A stretch of DNA of 64,000 nucleotides from an uncultured Bacilli bacterium (GTDB lineage: Bacteria; Bacillota_I; Bacilli_A; RF39; UBA660). Made by a program: the position numbers and the translations under genes. The notes below the pieces were generated by a model, which ran no database searches, had not been told where the DNA came from, and saw only the letters and a program-made list of their open reading frames with translations. Positions 18,959 to 31,709 of the stretch are shown here, piece after piece. Every line of letters begins with the position of its first letter. The stretch's first letter is position 1. The stretch lies in NCBI GenBank assembly GCA_947626275.1, contig CANQRL010000009.1:7232-71231 (forward strand), given 5' to 3'.

Positions 18959-21487
18959 ATGTTAGAGACAAAATATAATCATAAGAAAGTAGAAGAAGGA
19001 AAATATGATACTTGGAAAAAGAAAGGATACTTTGAAAGTGGGGATTTATCTTTAAAACCCTATTGTATTGTTATCCCTCCTCCTAATGTTACAGGAAAGC
19101 TTCATTTAGGACATGCTTGGGATACGACTTTACAAGATATTATCATTCGTTATAAGAGGATGGATGGATATGATACCTTATGGCTTCCGGGAATGGATCA
19201 CGCGGCTATCGCAACGGAAGCAAAAGTTGTTCAAAAGTTAAAATCCCAAGGCATTGATAAGTATGAACTTGGAAGAGAAGGCTTTTTAAAAGCTTGTTGG
19301 GATTGGACGCATGAATACTCTGAAAATATCCGTAAACAATGGGCGAAATTAGGACTTAGCTTGGACTATCGTAAAGAAGCATTTACTTTAGATGAAAATC
19401 TAACAAGAGCGGTAAAGACGGTTTTTGTTAAACTCTATGAAGAGGGATTAATCTATCGGGGAGAAAGGATTATCAACTGGGATCCTGTTGCGAAGACTGC
19501 TTTATCCAATGAAGAAGTTATCTATAAGGAAGACGAAGGTGCTTTCTACCACTTAAAGTATTTTATAGAGGATAGTGAAGAGTATCTTGATGTTGCCACT
19601 ACTCGACCTGAGACCATGTTTGGTGATACAGCGGTAGCCGTTAATCCTAATGATGAAAGATATAAACACTTGATTGGCAAGAATGTTATTCTTCCAGTAG
19701 TTAATAAACGAATTCCGATTGTCGGAGATGAACATGCGGATCCAGAATTTGGAACTGGTGTAGTTAAGATTACGCCTGCCCATGATCCTAATGACTTTGA
19801 AGTGGGAAATCGTCATAATCTGGAACGGGTTGTCGTTATGAATGAAGATGCGACGATGAATGAAAATGCGTTAAAGTATCAAGGAATGACAAGAGAAGAA
19901 TGCCGTGAAGCCCTCGTAAAAGACTTAAAAGAACAAGGAATTTTAATTTCAATCGAACCAATGGTTCACAGCGTTGGGCATAGTGAGCGAACAGATGCCG
20001 TAGTAGAACCATATCTATCAAAACAATGGTTTGTTAAGATGAGCCCTTTAGCTGATAAAGTATTAGAAAATCAAAAGAAAAAAGCTAGTAAGGTAAATTT
20101 TGTCCCTCCTCATTATGAAAAGACAATGAATCACTGGATGGAGATTACCTATGACTGGTGTATTTCTCGTCAGTTATGGTGGGGACATCGTATTCCGGCT
20201 TGGTATAAGGGAGACGAAGTTTACGTTGGCATGGAACCCCCTAAAGGAAAAGGATGGGTACAGGATAACGACGTATTAGATACTTGGTTCAGTAGTGCAT
20301 TATGGCCTTTTGCGACGTTGGGATGGCCAGAGGAAAGCGCTGATTATCAAAGATACTATCCAAATAATTGTTTAGTAACCGGATATGATATTATTCCTTT
20401 TTGGGTTAATAGAATGACTTTCCAAGGATTAAAATTTACAGGCAAAAGACCATTTAAGGATTGCTTAATCCATGGACTGATTCGTGATAAAGAAGGAAGA
20501 AAAATGAGTAAGTCCTTAGGAAATGGTGTAGACCCTATGGATGTTATTGAGGAATATGGTTGTGATGCCTTAAGATTTTTCTTGACGACGAATTCTGCTC
20601 CTGGAGCCGATTTACGTTATGACGAAGAGAAGGCAAAATCCACTTGGAACTTTATCAATAAATTATGGAATGCTTCTCGCTTTGTTCTCATGAACTTAGA
20701 AGGATTTACGCAAAAGGAGTATACTTTGAAAAATTTATCTTTGGCAGATAAATGGATGTTAACGAAGTTAGAAAATACGATTGTTGAAGTTCGAAAAAAT
20801 ATGGAGACCTATGATTTTCACAATGTAGGAAATACTCTTTATAGTTTTATTTGGAATGATTTCTGCGACTGGTATATCGAGTTATCCAAAAAAGATATGT
20901 CCAATACGAATAAGAGTGTCCTACTGAAAGTGTTGACAGATATTGTGAAGATGCTTCATCCTTCTATGCCTTATGTAACAGAAGAAATCTATCAGATGTT
21001 ACCAATTCGCGATGCGGAGTCTATCATGATTAGCGCATATCCTAAGTTTGAAAAGAAGTATGTATTTGAAGAAGAAAAAGAAACGCTTGATAAGGTATTA
21101 GAGGATATAGTAGCGATTCGTAATATGAAAGCTACGAATAACATTACAAAACAGGCGAAAGTAACGTATGAAGTAGATCCTTCCCTAGAATCTATTTATG
21201 CTTCTCAATTAAAGATTACGGAAGAAAGTCTTCTAAAAGATAAGAAAGATTATTTGACTAGTACGTATAAATCAAAATATATTGATATTACTTACTATTA
21301 TGAAGGAACAAAGGAAGATAGTAGTAAGAAAGAAGAAGAAATTCAAAAATTAGAAGAGTCTATTCGTCGCCGGGAGACTTTATTGAGCAATGAAAACTAT
21401 GTTCAAAAGGCACCACAAAATATTGTGGAAATGGATAGAAAGAAATTACAAGAGGAAAAAGAGCGTTTAGCAATTTTAAAAAGTTAA
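18959..21487 (+). CDS. valS: valine--tRNA ligase
   Basis: HIGH motif ([15 protein letters not shown]), KMSKS, and class I editing/anticodon domains. Terminator at 21488-21517. Confidence 0.95.
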   Translation: MLETKYNHKKVEEGKYDTWKKKGYFESGDLSLKPYCIVIPPPNVTGKLHLGHAWDTTLQDIIIRYKRMDGYDTLWLPGMDHAAIATEAKVVQKLKSQGIDKYELGREGFLKACWDWTHEYSENIRKQWAKLGLSLDYRKEAFTLDENLTRAVKTVFVKLYEEGLIYRGERIINWDPVAKTALSNEEVIYKEDEGAFYHLKYFIEDSEEYLDVATTRPETMFGDTAVAVNPNDERYKHLIGKNVILPVVNKRIPIVGDEHADPEFGTGVVKITPAHDPNDFEVGNRHNLERVVVMNEDATMNENALKYQGMTREECREALVKDLKEQGILISIEPMVHSVGHSERTDAVVEPYLSKQWFVKMSPLADKVLENQKKKASKVNFVPPHYEKTMNHWMEITYDWCISRQLWWGHRIPAWYKGDEVYVGMEPPKGKGWVQDNDVLDTWFSSALWPFATLGWPEESADYQRYYPNNCLVTGYDIIPFWVNRMTFQGLKFTGKRPFKDCLIHGLIRDKEGRKMSKSLGNGVDPMDVIEEYGCDALRFFLTTNSAPGADLRYDEEKAKSTWNFINKLWNASRFVLMNLEGFTQKEYTLKNLSLADKWMLTKLENTIVEVRKNMETYDFHNVGNTLYSFIWNDFCDWYIELSKKDMSNTNKSVLLKVLTDIVKMLHPSMPYVTEEIYQMLPIRDAESIMISAYPKFEKKYVFEEEKETLDKVLEDIVAIRNMKATNNITKQAKVTYEVDPSLESIYASQLKITEESLLKDKKDYLTSTYKSKYIDITYYYEGTKEDSSKKEEEIQKLEESIRRRETLLSNENYVQKAPQNIVEMDRKKLQEEKERLAILKS

Positions 21488-21514
21488 AAAGTATCGAATA
21501 ACCGATACTTTTTT

Positions 21515-21543
21515 TTGCTTTTCTAAGAAAACTAGGGTATAAT
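21515..21543 (+). promoter_or_regulatory. sigma-A-like promoter (TTGCTT-17-TATAAT)
   Basis: Immediately follows the valS terminator and precedes the 21588 gene. Confidence 0.5.
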
Positions 21544-21587
21544 GAGTATAGGATAGAGATAGTTTTTAAAAGAAATGAGGAGAAGTT

Positions 21588-22655
21588 ATGAAAGATTATG
21601 ACTATATAGGAATAGATAGAGAAAGAAATGCCTTAGAGAGAGGAATGTCTTCTCTTTTGAGCCAGGTATTCAAAAGACGGAGAGGAGCCGATAGAGCACT
21701 TGTTAATGAAGTATTAGAGATGGTTAACGAGATGATTAGCAAATTGCAAGCAGCGATGGCTTCTCCTAACAAAGACAAATTATTGGATGGAGAATTTAAT
21801 AAGGATAGTATTTTCTTAGGTTCTGAAATGAATAAGGATAGAACCTCTATTCCTCTTTATTTTGAACTAGATATTTTAATCGCAGCCCTTGAAAAAGATT
21901 ATGTCAAAAAGTTTGAAAACCCTCAACCAATCATTAGTATGTTACAGGCTTTAGGAGCGTTAAGAGATCAAGCTGCTACGTTAGCTTTTAACAGCGCTTT
22001 TAAACCAGACGAACCAATCAGCGAAGCAGCCATGGATGATATTCTTGCTACGCAAGGAGATTTTGAGGTAGGAAGATATGAAAAGAATGGTATGAAGTTC
22101 ATTGGTATTGCGCCAACACTTGTTACTGAACAAGTATATTATAGTAATGGGGAATATCTTTCTGGTGGCAGGTCTTCTACCTCTCTTGGGAAGAAACCAC
22201 TTTATGAGAAAGATGCCCAAGCACTCCGTGAAATTCAAAATCAAAACTTAGCAAAGTTACATTCTGCCATTGGAAAGTATTTTGAACACGATTGGGATTT
22301 TGTTCCTACTAGTGCTAAATTTTTTGATAAATTGATTGATATCGATTTAGATGAACGACTAAAAAAACGTTTACTTGCTATTAGTTATATCAAGGATAAA
22401 CATCCTGATAATTATGAAGTAGCGGCTATTGCGGCTCCTATTGTAGAGGAAATCATTGAAATAGAACATCAAATTCAAAAAGAACAGGAAGCAGCGTTGA
22501 CTAGACAGACCGCTATTAATGAGGCACGGGCAAGATATCAGGAAAAAAGCGGATTCTGGAAGTTCTTCCATCGACAAATGAGCCCAGATAAGTTGAATCT
22601 TGATGCGATGTCAACAGAGGAAATCGATGGATTATATAAGGGAAAGGCTAGGTAA
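21588..22655 (+). CDS. hypothetical cytoplasmic protein (355 aa)
   Basis: RBS GAGGAG. No TM segments and no recognisable domain. Confidence 0.6.
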   Translation: MKDYDYIGIDRERNALERGMSSLLSQVFKRRRGADRALVNEVLEMVNEMISKLQAAMASPNKDKLLDGEFNKDSIFLGSEMNKDRTSIPLYFELDILIAALEKDYVKKFENPQPIISMLQALGALRDQAATLAFNSAFKPDEPISEAAMDDILATQGDFEVGRYEKNGMKFIGIAPTLVTEQVYYSNGEYLSGGRSSTSLGKKPLYEKDAQALREIQNQNLAKLHSAIGKYFEHDWDFVPTSAKFFDKLIDIDLDERLKKRLLAISYIKDKHPDNYEVAAIAAPIVEEIIEIEHQIQKEQEAALTRQTAINEARARYQEKSGFWKFFHRQMSPDKLNLDAMSTEEIDGLYKGKAR

Positions 22656-22656
22656 T

Positions 22657-22938
22657 ATGGAAGAATTGAATCAAGCATTCGGAGAATATATGGAGGCCTA
22701 TAAAGCTCTCGATATTCCTTCAAAAAGAAAAGAAATTATTAATGCGACCAAAGAATTAATCGTTGTTTTTGAACAGCTTGCAACCAAAGATAACATAGAA
22801 CTTCAATACTTAAGAAGTAGAGAAATTAACGATTTAAAAGAAGAGAATACCACCGAGGATGACTTCTTAGAAGCGGAGTTAGTTTACTTAGAAGTAGCTA
22901 AGAATATGATTGGTCAATACTTAGATAAAAAGCTATAA
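22657..22938 (+). CDS. hypothetical small protein (93 aa)
   Basis: ATG 1 nt after the upstream stop. The longer track ORF from 22600 overlaps the upstream gene by 56 bp. Followed by a perfect 7-bp hairpin and T8 tract at 22937-22964. Confidence 0.5.
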   Translation: MEELNQAFGEYMEAYKALDIPSKRKEIINATKELIVVFEQLATKDNIELQYLRSREINDLKEENTTEDDFLEAELVYLEVAKNMIGQYLDKKL

Positions 22939-22974
22939 GAAATTCATACGAATTTCTTTTTTTTCTTGTTTTAA

Positions 22975-24987
<2,013 letters not shown>

Positions 24988-25055
24988 CTGGATAGTATTT
25001 TTCTTTTTTACAAAAACATGATATAATGACTTTATACTATCCTAGAGGTGAAGAA

Positions 25056-27281
25056 ATGAACGAATGGAATGGATTCCAAGGCGAGACATGGAAGAAAAAA
25101 ATCAATGTCGAAGACTTTATTATAAATAATTATCAGGAATATACAGGAAATGAGAAATTTCTTGTAAAGAGTTCAAAGAAAACTGCTAAGGTATGGAGTC
25201 GGTGTCAAAAACTTTTAGAAAAAGAAACAATTACGAAAGTTCTTGATATTGATACTCATACTATAGCAGGGATAGATAACTTTGATGCAGGATATATCGA
25301 TAAAAAGAATGAAGTAATTGTAGGATTACAGACGGATGAACCACTCAAAAGAATGATGAATCCTTTTGGGGGAATTGATACGGTCAAAGAGGCTGTAAAT
25401 TCTTATGGTTATACGATGGATAAAGAAATAGAAGACAAATTCTTCGAATATCATAAGACCTATCAAGAGGGAATTTTAGATGCTTATTCTGATGAAATGT
25501 TGAAATATCGGAAGGCAAAAGTTTTAGCTTCTCTTCCTGAAGAATATGGAAGAGGAAAAATTCTTGGCGATTATCGGCGCCTTGCTCTTTACGGAGTCGA
25601 CTATTTAATTAAGCGAAAGAAAAAAGATTTACAAAAGTTAACGAAACCAATGAATTTCGCTATGATTCGAACAAGAGAAGAAGTACAGGAACAGATTAAG
25701 GCTTTAGAGGATATCAAGTGGATGGCTAGTCGATATGGAATGGATATTTCAAGACCGGCTTCGAATGCCAAGGAAGCGGTTCAATGGCTCTATTTTGCTT
25801 ATCTATCAACGATTAAACAGAATAATGGAGCTATCAATTCTTTTGGACGAAATGCGGCTTTTTTAGATATCTATATTGAAAGAGATTTAGCAAGTGGTAC
25901 ATTAACCGAAGAAGGTGCTCAGGAGTTAATTGATCAACTCGTTATTAAGTTGCGCCTTGTTCGTCACTTACGTAAAAACGATTATCGAGATACATTGATA
26001 GGAGAACCGGCTTGGGTAAGTGAATCGATTGGGGGAATGTGTGATGAAAACAAATCTTTTGTCACCAAGACAGCTTATCGATTCTTAAATACGCTCAAGA
26101 ATCTAGATTCTTCTCCAGAGCCTAATTTTGTTATTTTATGGTCTCAAAAATTACCAGAAACTTTTCAAAAATATGTTTCTAAATTGGCTATTGACACCCA
26201 TGTTATTCAATTTGTAAACGATGATATTATTCGCCCAATCTATGGACGAGATTATGCGATTACCGGTTGTTCTTCTCCCGTCAAGTTAGGAAGCCAAATG
26301 GTTTATTATGGGGCTAGTATTAACTTACCTAAAGCGTTACTCTATGCCATCCATGGAGGAAAAGACGAGATGACAAGAGAGGTTATGGTAGATGGCATTC
26401 CCGAGGTTGAGGGAGATAAGTTAAACTATAAAGAAGTTATTCAAAACTTTTTAACGATCATGAATCACTTTATTCGTGTCTATGTCGATGCTTTAAGTGT
26501 CGTTCACTATATGCAAGATAAGTATGGATACGAGTCTGCCCCTATGGCCTTTTTAGATACGGTCGTTGAGCGAAAAATGTCCTTTGGTGTAACCGGTTTA
26601 GCGACTGTTGCGGATTCCTTATCAGCCATTCGTTATGGTGGGGTTAAAGTTATCCGGGATCAAGAGGGATTTATTACGGGGTATCAAGTAGAAAAAGAAT
26701 TTCCTCGTTTTGGAAATAGAGAGGCAAAGGTAGATTCCTTAGCTTCCGATATTATGAAGTTATTTGCGAAAGCTTTAAGTGCGGAACATCTCTATCGAAA
26801 TGCCAATGCGAGAGTTTCTCTACAGACGATGGCAGATCATGTCTTCTATGGCGAAGCAACAGGTGCAACACCAGATGGAAGAGAAGAAAAAGAACCTTTC
26901 TCTCCAGGAGCAAGTCCATCAGATGGTATGGATATTTCAGGGGCCGGAGCTTCTTTAGAAAGTGTTGCTAAAATTCCTTACGCTGTCATTTGTGAGGATG
27001 GAATTACCAATAACTTTTGTATTTCTCCTAATGCATTAGGAGAAAAGGAATCAGAGAGAGTTACCAATCTTTTACAATTAATTCATGATTACTTTAAAAA
27101 AGGGGGAGAGCATTTAAATATCAATGTACTTTCCAAAAATCAATTGTTTAATGCTCAAAAAAATCCGGATAAGAATCCTAAATTAATTGTTCGTTATGCA
27201 GAATGTGGTGTACGATTTAACCAACTTACAAGAGGACAACAAGAAGAACTATTGAGTAGAACGTTCCATGAAGATTTATAG
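25056..27281 (+). CDS. pflB: formate C-acetyltransferase (pyruvate formate-lyase)
   Basis: N-terminus MNEWNGFQGETWKKKINV. Active-site CC (TGCSSPV...) and the C-terminal glycyl-radical motif RVSLQ/GY context. RBS AGAGGTGAAG. The track start at 25026 lies inside the TGATATAAT -10 element. Confidence 0.95.
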   Translation: MNEWNGFQGETWKKKINVEDFIINNYQEYTGNEKFLVKSSKKTAKVWSRCQKLLEKETITKVLDIDTHTIAGIDNFDAGYIDKKNEVIVGLQTDEPLKRMMNPFGGIDTVKEAVNSYGYTMDKEIEDKFFEYHKTYQEGILDAYSDEMLKYRKAKVLASLPEEYGRGKILGDYRRLALYGVDYLIKRKKKDLQKLTKPMNFAMIRTREEVQEQIKALEDIKWMASRYGMDISRPASNAKEAVQWLYFAYLSTIKQNNGAINSFGRNAAFLDIYIERDLASGTLTEEGAQELIDQLVIKLRLVRHLRKNDYRDTLIGEPAWVSESIGGMCDENKSFVTKTAYRFLNTLKNLDSSPEPNFVILWSQKLPETFQKYVSKLAIDTHVIQFVNDDIIRPIYGRDYAITGCSSPVKLGSQMVYYGASINLPKALLYAIHGGKDEMTREVMVDGIPEVEGDKLNYKEVIQNFLTIMNHFIRVYVDALSVVHYMQDKYGYESAPMAFLDTVVERKMSFGVTGLATVADSLSAIRYGGVKVIRDQEGFITGYQVEKEFPRFGNREAKVDSLASDIMKLFAKALSAEHLYRNANARVSLQTMADHVFYGEATGATPDGREEKEPFSPGASPSDGMDISGAGASLESVAKIPYAVICEDGITNNFCISPNALGEKESERVTNLLQLIHDYFKKGGEHLNINVLSKNQLFNAQKNPDKNPKLIVRYAECGVRFNQLTRGQQEELLSRTFHEDL

Positions 27282-27291
27282 GAGAGATGAT

Positions 27292-28020
27292 ATGAAAAAA
27301 AATATAAAAATGTTGTTGTTCCTTTTTCTGCTTATCATTGTAACGGGTTGTGAGTCATATAAAGAGGCGAATGATGACTGTCAAAAAGTAGCGCTTCAAA
27401 CATTAGAAGAACGATATGGAGAAGAATTTGTTTATGTGGAAGACATATCGGATGATTCCCCATGCTATGGACTAGTTTGCTATCCTTTGTATTATTATCT
27501 AACACCAAAAAGCAAAGATTCTCCATTATATGGTCAAAATATCTATGTCGCTGTAACGGAAAAAAGGGAAGTTTATGACAATTATACCCATTTAAAATAT
27601 TATCAAGACGTGGAAAGAGTTTTGAACACCATTGTTCAAAACCATTTTCACACCTTTCATCTTAACTATCGAAAAGTAGATTCGGATGACGATACGAATG
27701 ACTTTGACAAGGATACTACATTAGAAGAATACTTAATGAATAAAGATAAGAGACCTCTCTCTATTACATTAGAAGTGACTGAGAGTGAATTTAAAGAGGA
27801 ACTTCCAAAAATATTATTGGAAGAAATGAGTGCGAAAATGCAAGCGTTCGATATGATGATAGTTGTTTCTAAGGATGAGTATTTTGGACAAAGTACGGAA
27901 GATGAATTGCGTGATCAGGCAGTTAGAAATGATTTTTCTAAGATAGCCTTTTATGCGAAGGTGGAAAGTTTTGAAGAAACTAGGGTAGAGATTTATAACC
28001 AATATGGAAAGTTAGAATAG
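27292..28020 (+). CDS. hypothetical lipoprotein
   Basis: RBS GGAGAG. Signal peptide with lipobox IVTGC. It sits where a pflA activase might be expected, but has no radical-SAM motifs. Terminator at 28026-28052. Confidence 0.6.
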   Translation: MKKNIKMLLFLFLLIIVTGCESYKEANDDCQKVALQTLEERYGEEFVYVEDISDDSPCYGLVCYPLYYYLTPKSKDSPLYGQNIYVAVTEKREVYDNYTHLKYYQDVERVLNTIVQNHFHTFHLNYRKVDSDDDTNDFDKDTTLEEYLMNKDKRPLSITLEVTESEFKEELPKILLEEMSAKMQAFDMMIVVSKDEYFGQSTEDELRDQAVRNDFSKIAFYAKVESFEETRVEIYNQYGKLE

Positions 28021-28182
28021 AAGAAGCCACACGAAAAGTGTGGTTTTTGTTTGGTTAAAAGATAACCATGCGATATTTTATCTTCTAGTATGAAAAGATT
28101 GTTATCTTTTTTTCTCACTTATGGTATAATGAGAATGATATAAAATACACAAACGTGTGCATAAAAATATAATTGGGGTGAA

Positions 28183-31100
28183 ATGATGAAAAAAACAATA
28201 ACAGTAGATGGAAATGAGGCTTGTAGTTATACAGCCTATATGTTTACAGAGGTAGCAGGAATTTATCCTATTACCCCTTCTAGTCCTATGGCTGAACATG
28301 TGGATGAATGGAGTAAAGATCGTATTAATCTCTTTGGAGATGCAGTGAAAGTGGTAGAGATGCAAAGTGAAGCAGGCGCTGCTGGATTCATTCATGGTTC
28401 TTTAAGAGCCGGGTGTCTAACGACTACCTTTACCGCTTCTCAGGGACTTTTATTAATGATTCCTAATATGTATAAGATAGCAGGAGAGATGCTTCCAGGA
28501 GTTATGCATGTAGCTGCTAGATCTTTATCTACGCATGCTCTTTCTATTTTTGGAGATCATCAGGATATCTATGCTTGTAGAGGAACTGGTTTTGCTATGC
28601 TTGCTTCTTCCTCTGTTCAAGATGCTGCTTATTTAAGTGCGGTTGCGCATCTTTCTGCCATAAAGGGTAGCCTACCTTTCATGCATTTCTTCGATGGCTT
28701 TAGAACTAGCCATGAGATTCAAAAAATTGAAGTATTACAGGCTGCTGATTATGCTGATTTAATCGACCAAGAAGCGTTACAAAAGTTTAGAGAAAAAGCG
28801 TTAAATCCAAATCATCCAGCTATTTATGGAACGGCTCAAAATGATGACATTTACTTTCAAGCAACGGAAGCTCGAAACAAATATTATAATGCTTTACCAG
28901 ATGTTGTCTACGAATATATGGAAAAGATTAATGAAAAGGCTGGAACCCATTATTTACCTTTCAACTACTATGGAAATCCACAAGCAAAAAGAGTAATTGT
29001 TGCTATGGGTTCTGTTTGTGAGACGATTAAAGAAGTTATCGATACCCTTAGGGAAGATATTGGATTAGTAGAGGTTCATCTCTATCGTCCTTTTAGTACG
29101 AAATACTTCTTACAAGCGATTCCTCGGACGGTTGAGACCGTAGCTGTGTTAGATAGAACGAAAGAACCAGGAAGTAATGGGGAACCACTTTATTTAGATG
29201 TTTCTTCTATTCTTTCTAAGAAAGGTGTCAAAGTAGTTGGTGGACGGTATGGTCTTTCTAGTAAGAATACGACGCCTGATCAAATCTATGCCGTTTATGA
29301 AATGTTAAAGGAACCAAAAAATAATTTTACGATTGGTATTGTCGATGATGTTACCAACCTCAGTCTAAAACCAATTCCTATCCATACGACTCACGCTAAT
29401 GAATGGTTATTCTATGGATATGGTAGTGATGGAATGGTTAGTGCCTCTAAAGCGATTATTAAGATTATTGGAGAAAATACCGAGAACTATGTTCAAGGAT
29501 ATTTCCAATACGATTCTAAGAAGAGTGGAGGCGTAACTTGTAGTCATCTTCGTTTTAGTCCTGATAAGATTCGTTCTACTTATTATGTTGAGAATCCTAA
29601 ACTTCTTGTCATTACGAAAGATAGTTATCTAAAGAATTATGATTTTGTAGGAAGCTTACAGAAGAATGCGAAAGTGATTATCAATACAAATAAAAGTACT
29701 GATGAAGTTTTATCTCTCATGAAAGATAGTTTCAAGAAGCAGATTCAAGATGCCGAAGCAGAAGTATATGTTATCAATGCTTATGAGTTAGCGGATTCTG
29801 TTGGCTTAAAAAACAAGATTAGTACGATTATGGAAAGCGCTATTTTCGCTCTTACAGATATCGTTCCTTATGATCAAGCTCTCTCTTCTATGGAGAAGAT
29901 GATTGTTTCTAAGTTCTCTAAGAAAGGAACAGAAGTTGTTGAGGCAAATAAAAAAGCCATTTATGGCGTTAAAGAAGCTCTACGGAGAATCGAGATACCG
30001 AGAGTAGAAGAAGTCAATAAAGAAGAAGATTATCACTCTGTTTTTGAAGCAATTCATTACCGGAAAGGGGATCTTTTAAAAACTTCTGATTTTGTAGAGA
30101 CACCAGATGGACGCTTTGACTGTGGAACAGCGTCTTTAGAAAAACGATATGTAAGTGACGAAGCACCTGACTGGATTAGTATGAATTGTATTCAATGTAA
30201 TCAATGTTCTCTTGTTTGTCCACATGGTGTGATTCGTCCATTCTTACTCAGTCAAGAAGAGTATGATCAAGCACCAGAAATGATTCGGGCAAGAGCTACC
30301 AAAGCAATCGGTATGGATGATTATTACTTTATCATCAGTGCTTCTGTTGCGGATTGTACAGGATGTGGTCTTTGTCATAAAGTTTGTCCTGGTATGAAGG
30401 GTGAAAAAGCTATCGCCATGGATAAACTCGATAGAAAAGAACAAGAGGTATTCGACTACTTAAAAGAAAATGTAAAAGATAAAGGATTAGTTAATCCTTA
30501 TACCGTAAAAGGAAGTCAATTTAGAGAACCAAAATTTGCCTTTAGTGGAGCCTGTGCAGGGTGTGGAGAGACAGCTTATATTAAGCTACTTACGCAATTA
30601 TTTGGAGAACATTTGATTATTAGTAACGCAACCGGATGTTCTTCGATTTATGGAGCCAGTGTTCCCTCTATGCCATATACCCTTCCATGGGCAAGTAGTT
30701 TATTTGAAGATAATGCGGAATATGGGTATGGAATGTTGATTGCCAATAATACGATTCGTGCAAGAATTGCTAGTATTATGAGTAAAAATATGGATAATGA
30801 AAATAGTCCATACTTCCATAAATGGTTAGAAAATCCAGACTCTTATGAGGTAACAAAAGAAGTTTATGATCATCTAACGGATAATCTTCCAGAAGAATTA
30901 AAAGCATTAAAAGAGTACATTGTCATGCGCAATATTTGGTGTATTGGAGGAGATGGATGGGCTTATGATATCGGCTTTGGTGGTATTGACCATGTATTAG
31001 CCTCTAACGATCACATCAAGATTTTAGTACTAGATAGCCAAGTATATTCTAATACAGGAGGACAGTCTTCTAAGGCTAGTCCAAAGGGAGCTATCGCATC

Positions 31101-31569
31101 CTTTGCGGCTTCTGGAAAGAATAGTAACCAAAAGGATTTAGCGCGGATAGCGATGAGTTATCCTCATGTCTATGTCGCTCAAGTATCTATTGGTGCTAAT
31201 CCACAACAAGTTATCAAAGCATTCAAAGAAGCGAATGAATATCCAGGACCTGCTATTATCATTGCCTATACTCCATGTATTTCTCATGGTATTGCAGGAG
31301 GAATGGAAAACAGCGTAGAAATGGAAAAAATGGCTACTTTATGCGGTTACTTCTTAACGTTTAGACGTCATCCAGAACAAGGATTTACGTTAGATAGTAA
31401 GAAAGTAGACTTTGACTTGTATGAAGAGTTCTTAAATAGTCAGACACGCTATAAAATGCTAAAAACCGTCAACCCTGAAAAGGCAGATGACTTATTACAA
31501 GCGAATAAAGACTATAGTATTGAAACCTTCAATTATTATGAAGGATTAAGTAATACGACGAATGAATAA
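28183..31569 (+). CDS. nifJ: pyruvate:ferredoxin (flavodoxin) oxidoreductase, single-chain PFOR
   Basis: 1128 aa. Two 4Fe-4S ferredoxin motifs (CIQCNQCSLVCPHG, CTGCGLCHKVCPG). TPP-binding GDG motif (CIGGDGWAYDIGFGG). Terminator at 31568-31592. Confidence 0.95.
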   Translation: MMKKTITVDGNEACSYTAYMFTEVAGIYPITPSSPMAEHVDEWSKDRINLFGDAVKVVEMQSEAGAAGFIHGSLRAGCLTTTFTASQGLLLMIPNMYKIAGEMLPGVMHVAARSLSTHALSIFGDHQDIYACRGTGFAMLASSSVQDAAYLSAVAHLSAIKGSLPFMHFFDGFRTSHEIQKIEVLQAADYADLIDQEALQKFREKALNPNHPAIYGTAQNDDIYFQATEARNKYYNALPDVVYEYMEKINEKAGTHYLPFNYYGNPQAKRVIVAMGSVCETIKEVIDTLREDIGLVEVHLYRPFSTKYFLQAIPRTVETVAVLDRTKEPGSNGEPLYLDVSSILSKKGVKVVGGRYGLSSKNTTPDQIYAVYEMLKEPKNNFTIGIVDDVTNLSLKPIPIHTTHANEWLFYGYGSDGMVSASKAIIKIIGENTENYVQGYFQYDSKKSGGVTCSHLRFSPDKIRSTYYVENPKLLVITKDSYLKNYDFVGSLQKNAKVIINTNKSTDEVLSLMKDSFKKQIQDAEAEVYVINAYELADSVGLKNKISTIMESAIFALTDIVPYDQALSSMEKMIVSKFSKKGTEVVEANKKAIYGVKEALRRIEIPRVEEVNKEEDYHSVFEAIHYRKGDLLKTSDFVETPDGRFDCGTASLEKRYVSDEAPDWISMNCIQCNQCSLVCPHGVIRPFLLSQEEYDQAPEMIRARATKAIGMDDYYFIISASVADCTGCGLCHKVCPGMKGEKAIAMDKLDRKEQEVFDYLKENVKDKGLVNPYTVKGSQFREPKFAFSGACAGCGETAYIKLLTQLFGEHLIISNATGCSSIYGASVPSMPYTLPWASSLFEDNAEYGYGMLIANNTIRARIASIMSKNMDNENSPYFHKWLENPDSYEVTKEVYDHLTDNLPEELKALKEYIVMRNIWCIGGDGWAYDIGFGGIDHVLASNDHIKILVLDSQVYSNTGGQSSKASPKGAIASFAASGKNSNQKDLARIAMSYPHVYVAQVSIGANPQQVIKAFKEANEYPGPAIIIAYTPCISHGIAGGMENSVEMEKMATLCGYFLTFRRHPEQGFTLDSKKVDFDLYEEFLNSQTRYKMLKTVNPEKADDLLQANKDYSIETFNYYEGLSNTTNE

Positions 31570-31709
31570 GGAGAGAAATCTCCTTTTTTTGTCACATTCT
31601 TGTTAGAAAAAGACAAACGGATTCTTTTTAGATTGATTTTTTGATGAAAAGTGCTTATAAAATTTTCTTTTTTTCCGACTTTTTGATATAATGAGTTATA
31701 GGTGTAGAT

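Noticed and set aside
27292-28020. Lipoprotein downstream of pflB considered as a candidate PFL-activating enzyme
   Set aside because: No CxxxCxxC radical-SAM motif. It has a lipobox signal peptide instead. pflA must lie elsewhere.
28102-28395. 97-aa minus-strand ORF over the PFOR promoter and start
   Set aside because: Antisense to the nifJ N-terminus, His/Cys-rich junk composition and no RBS.
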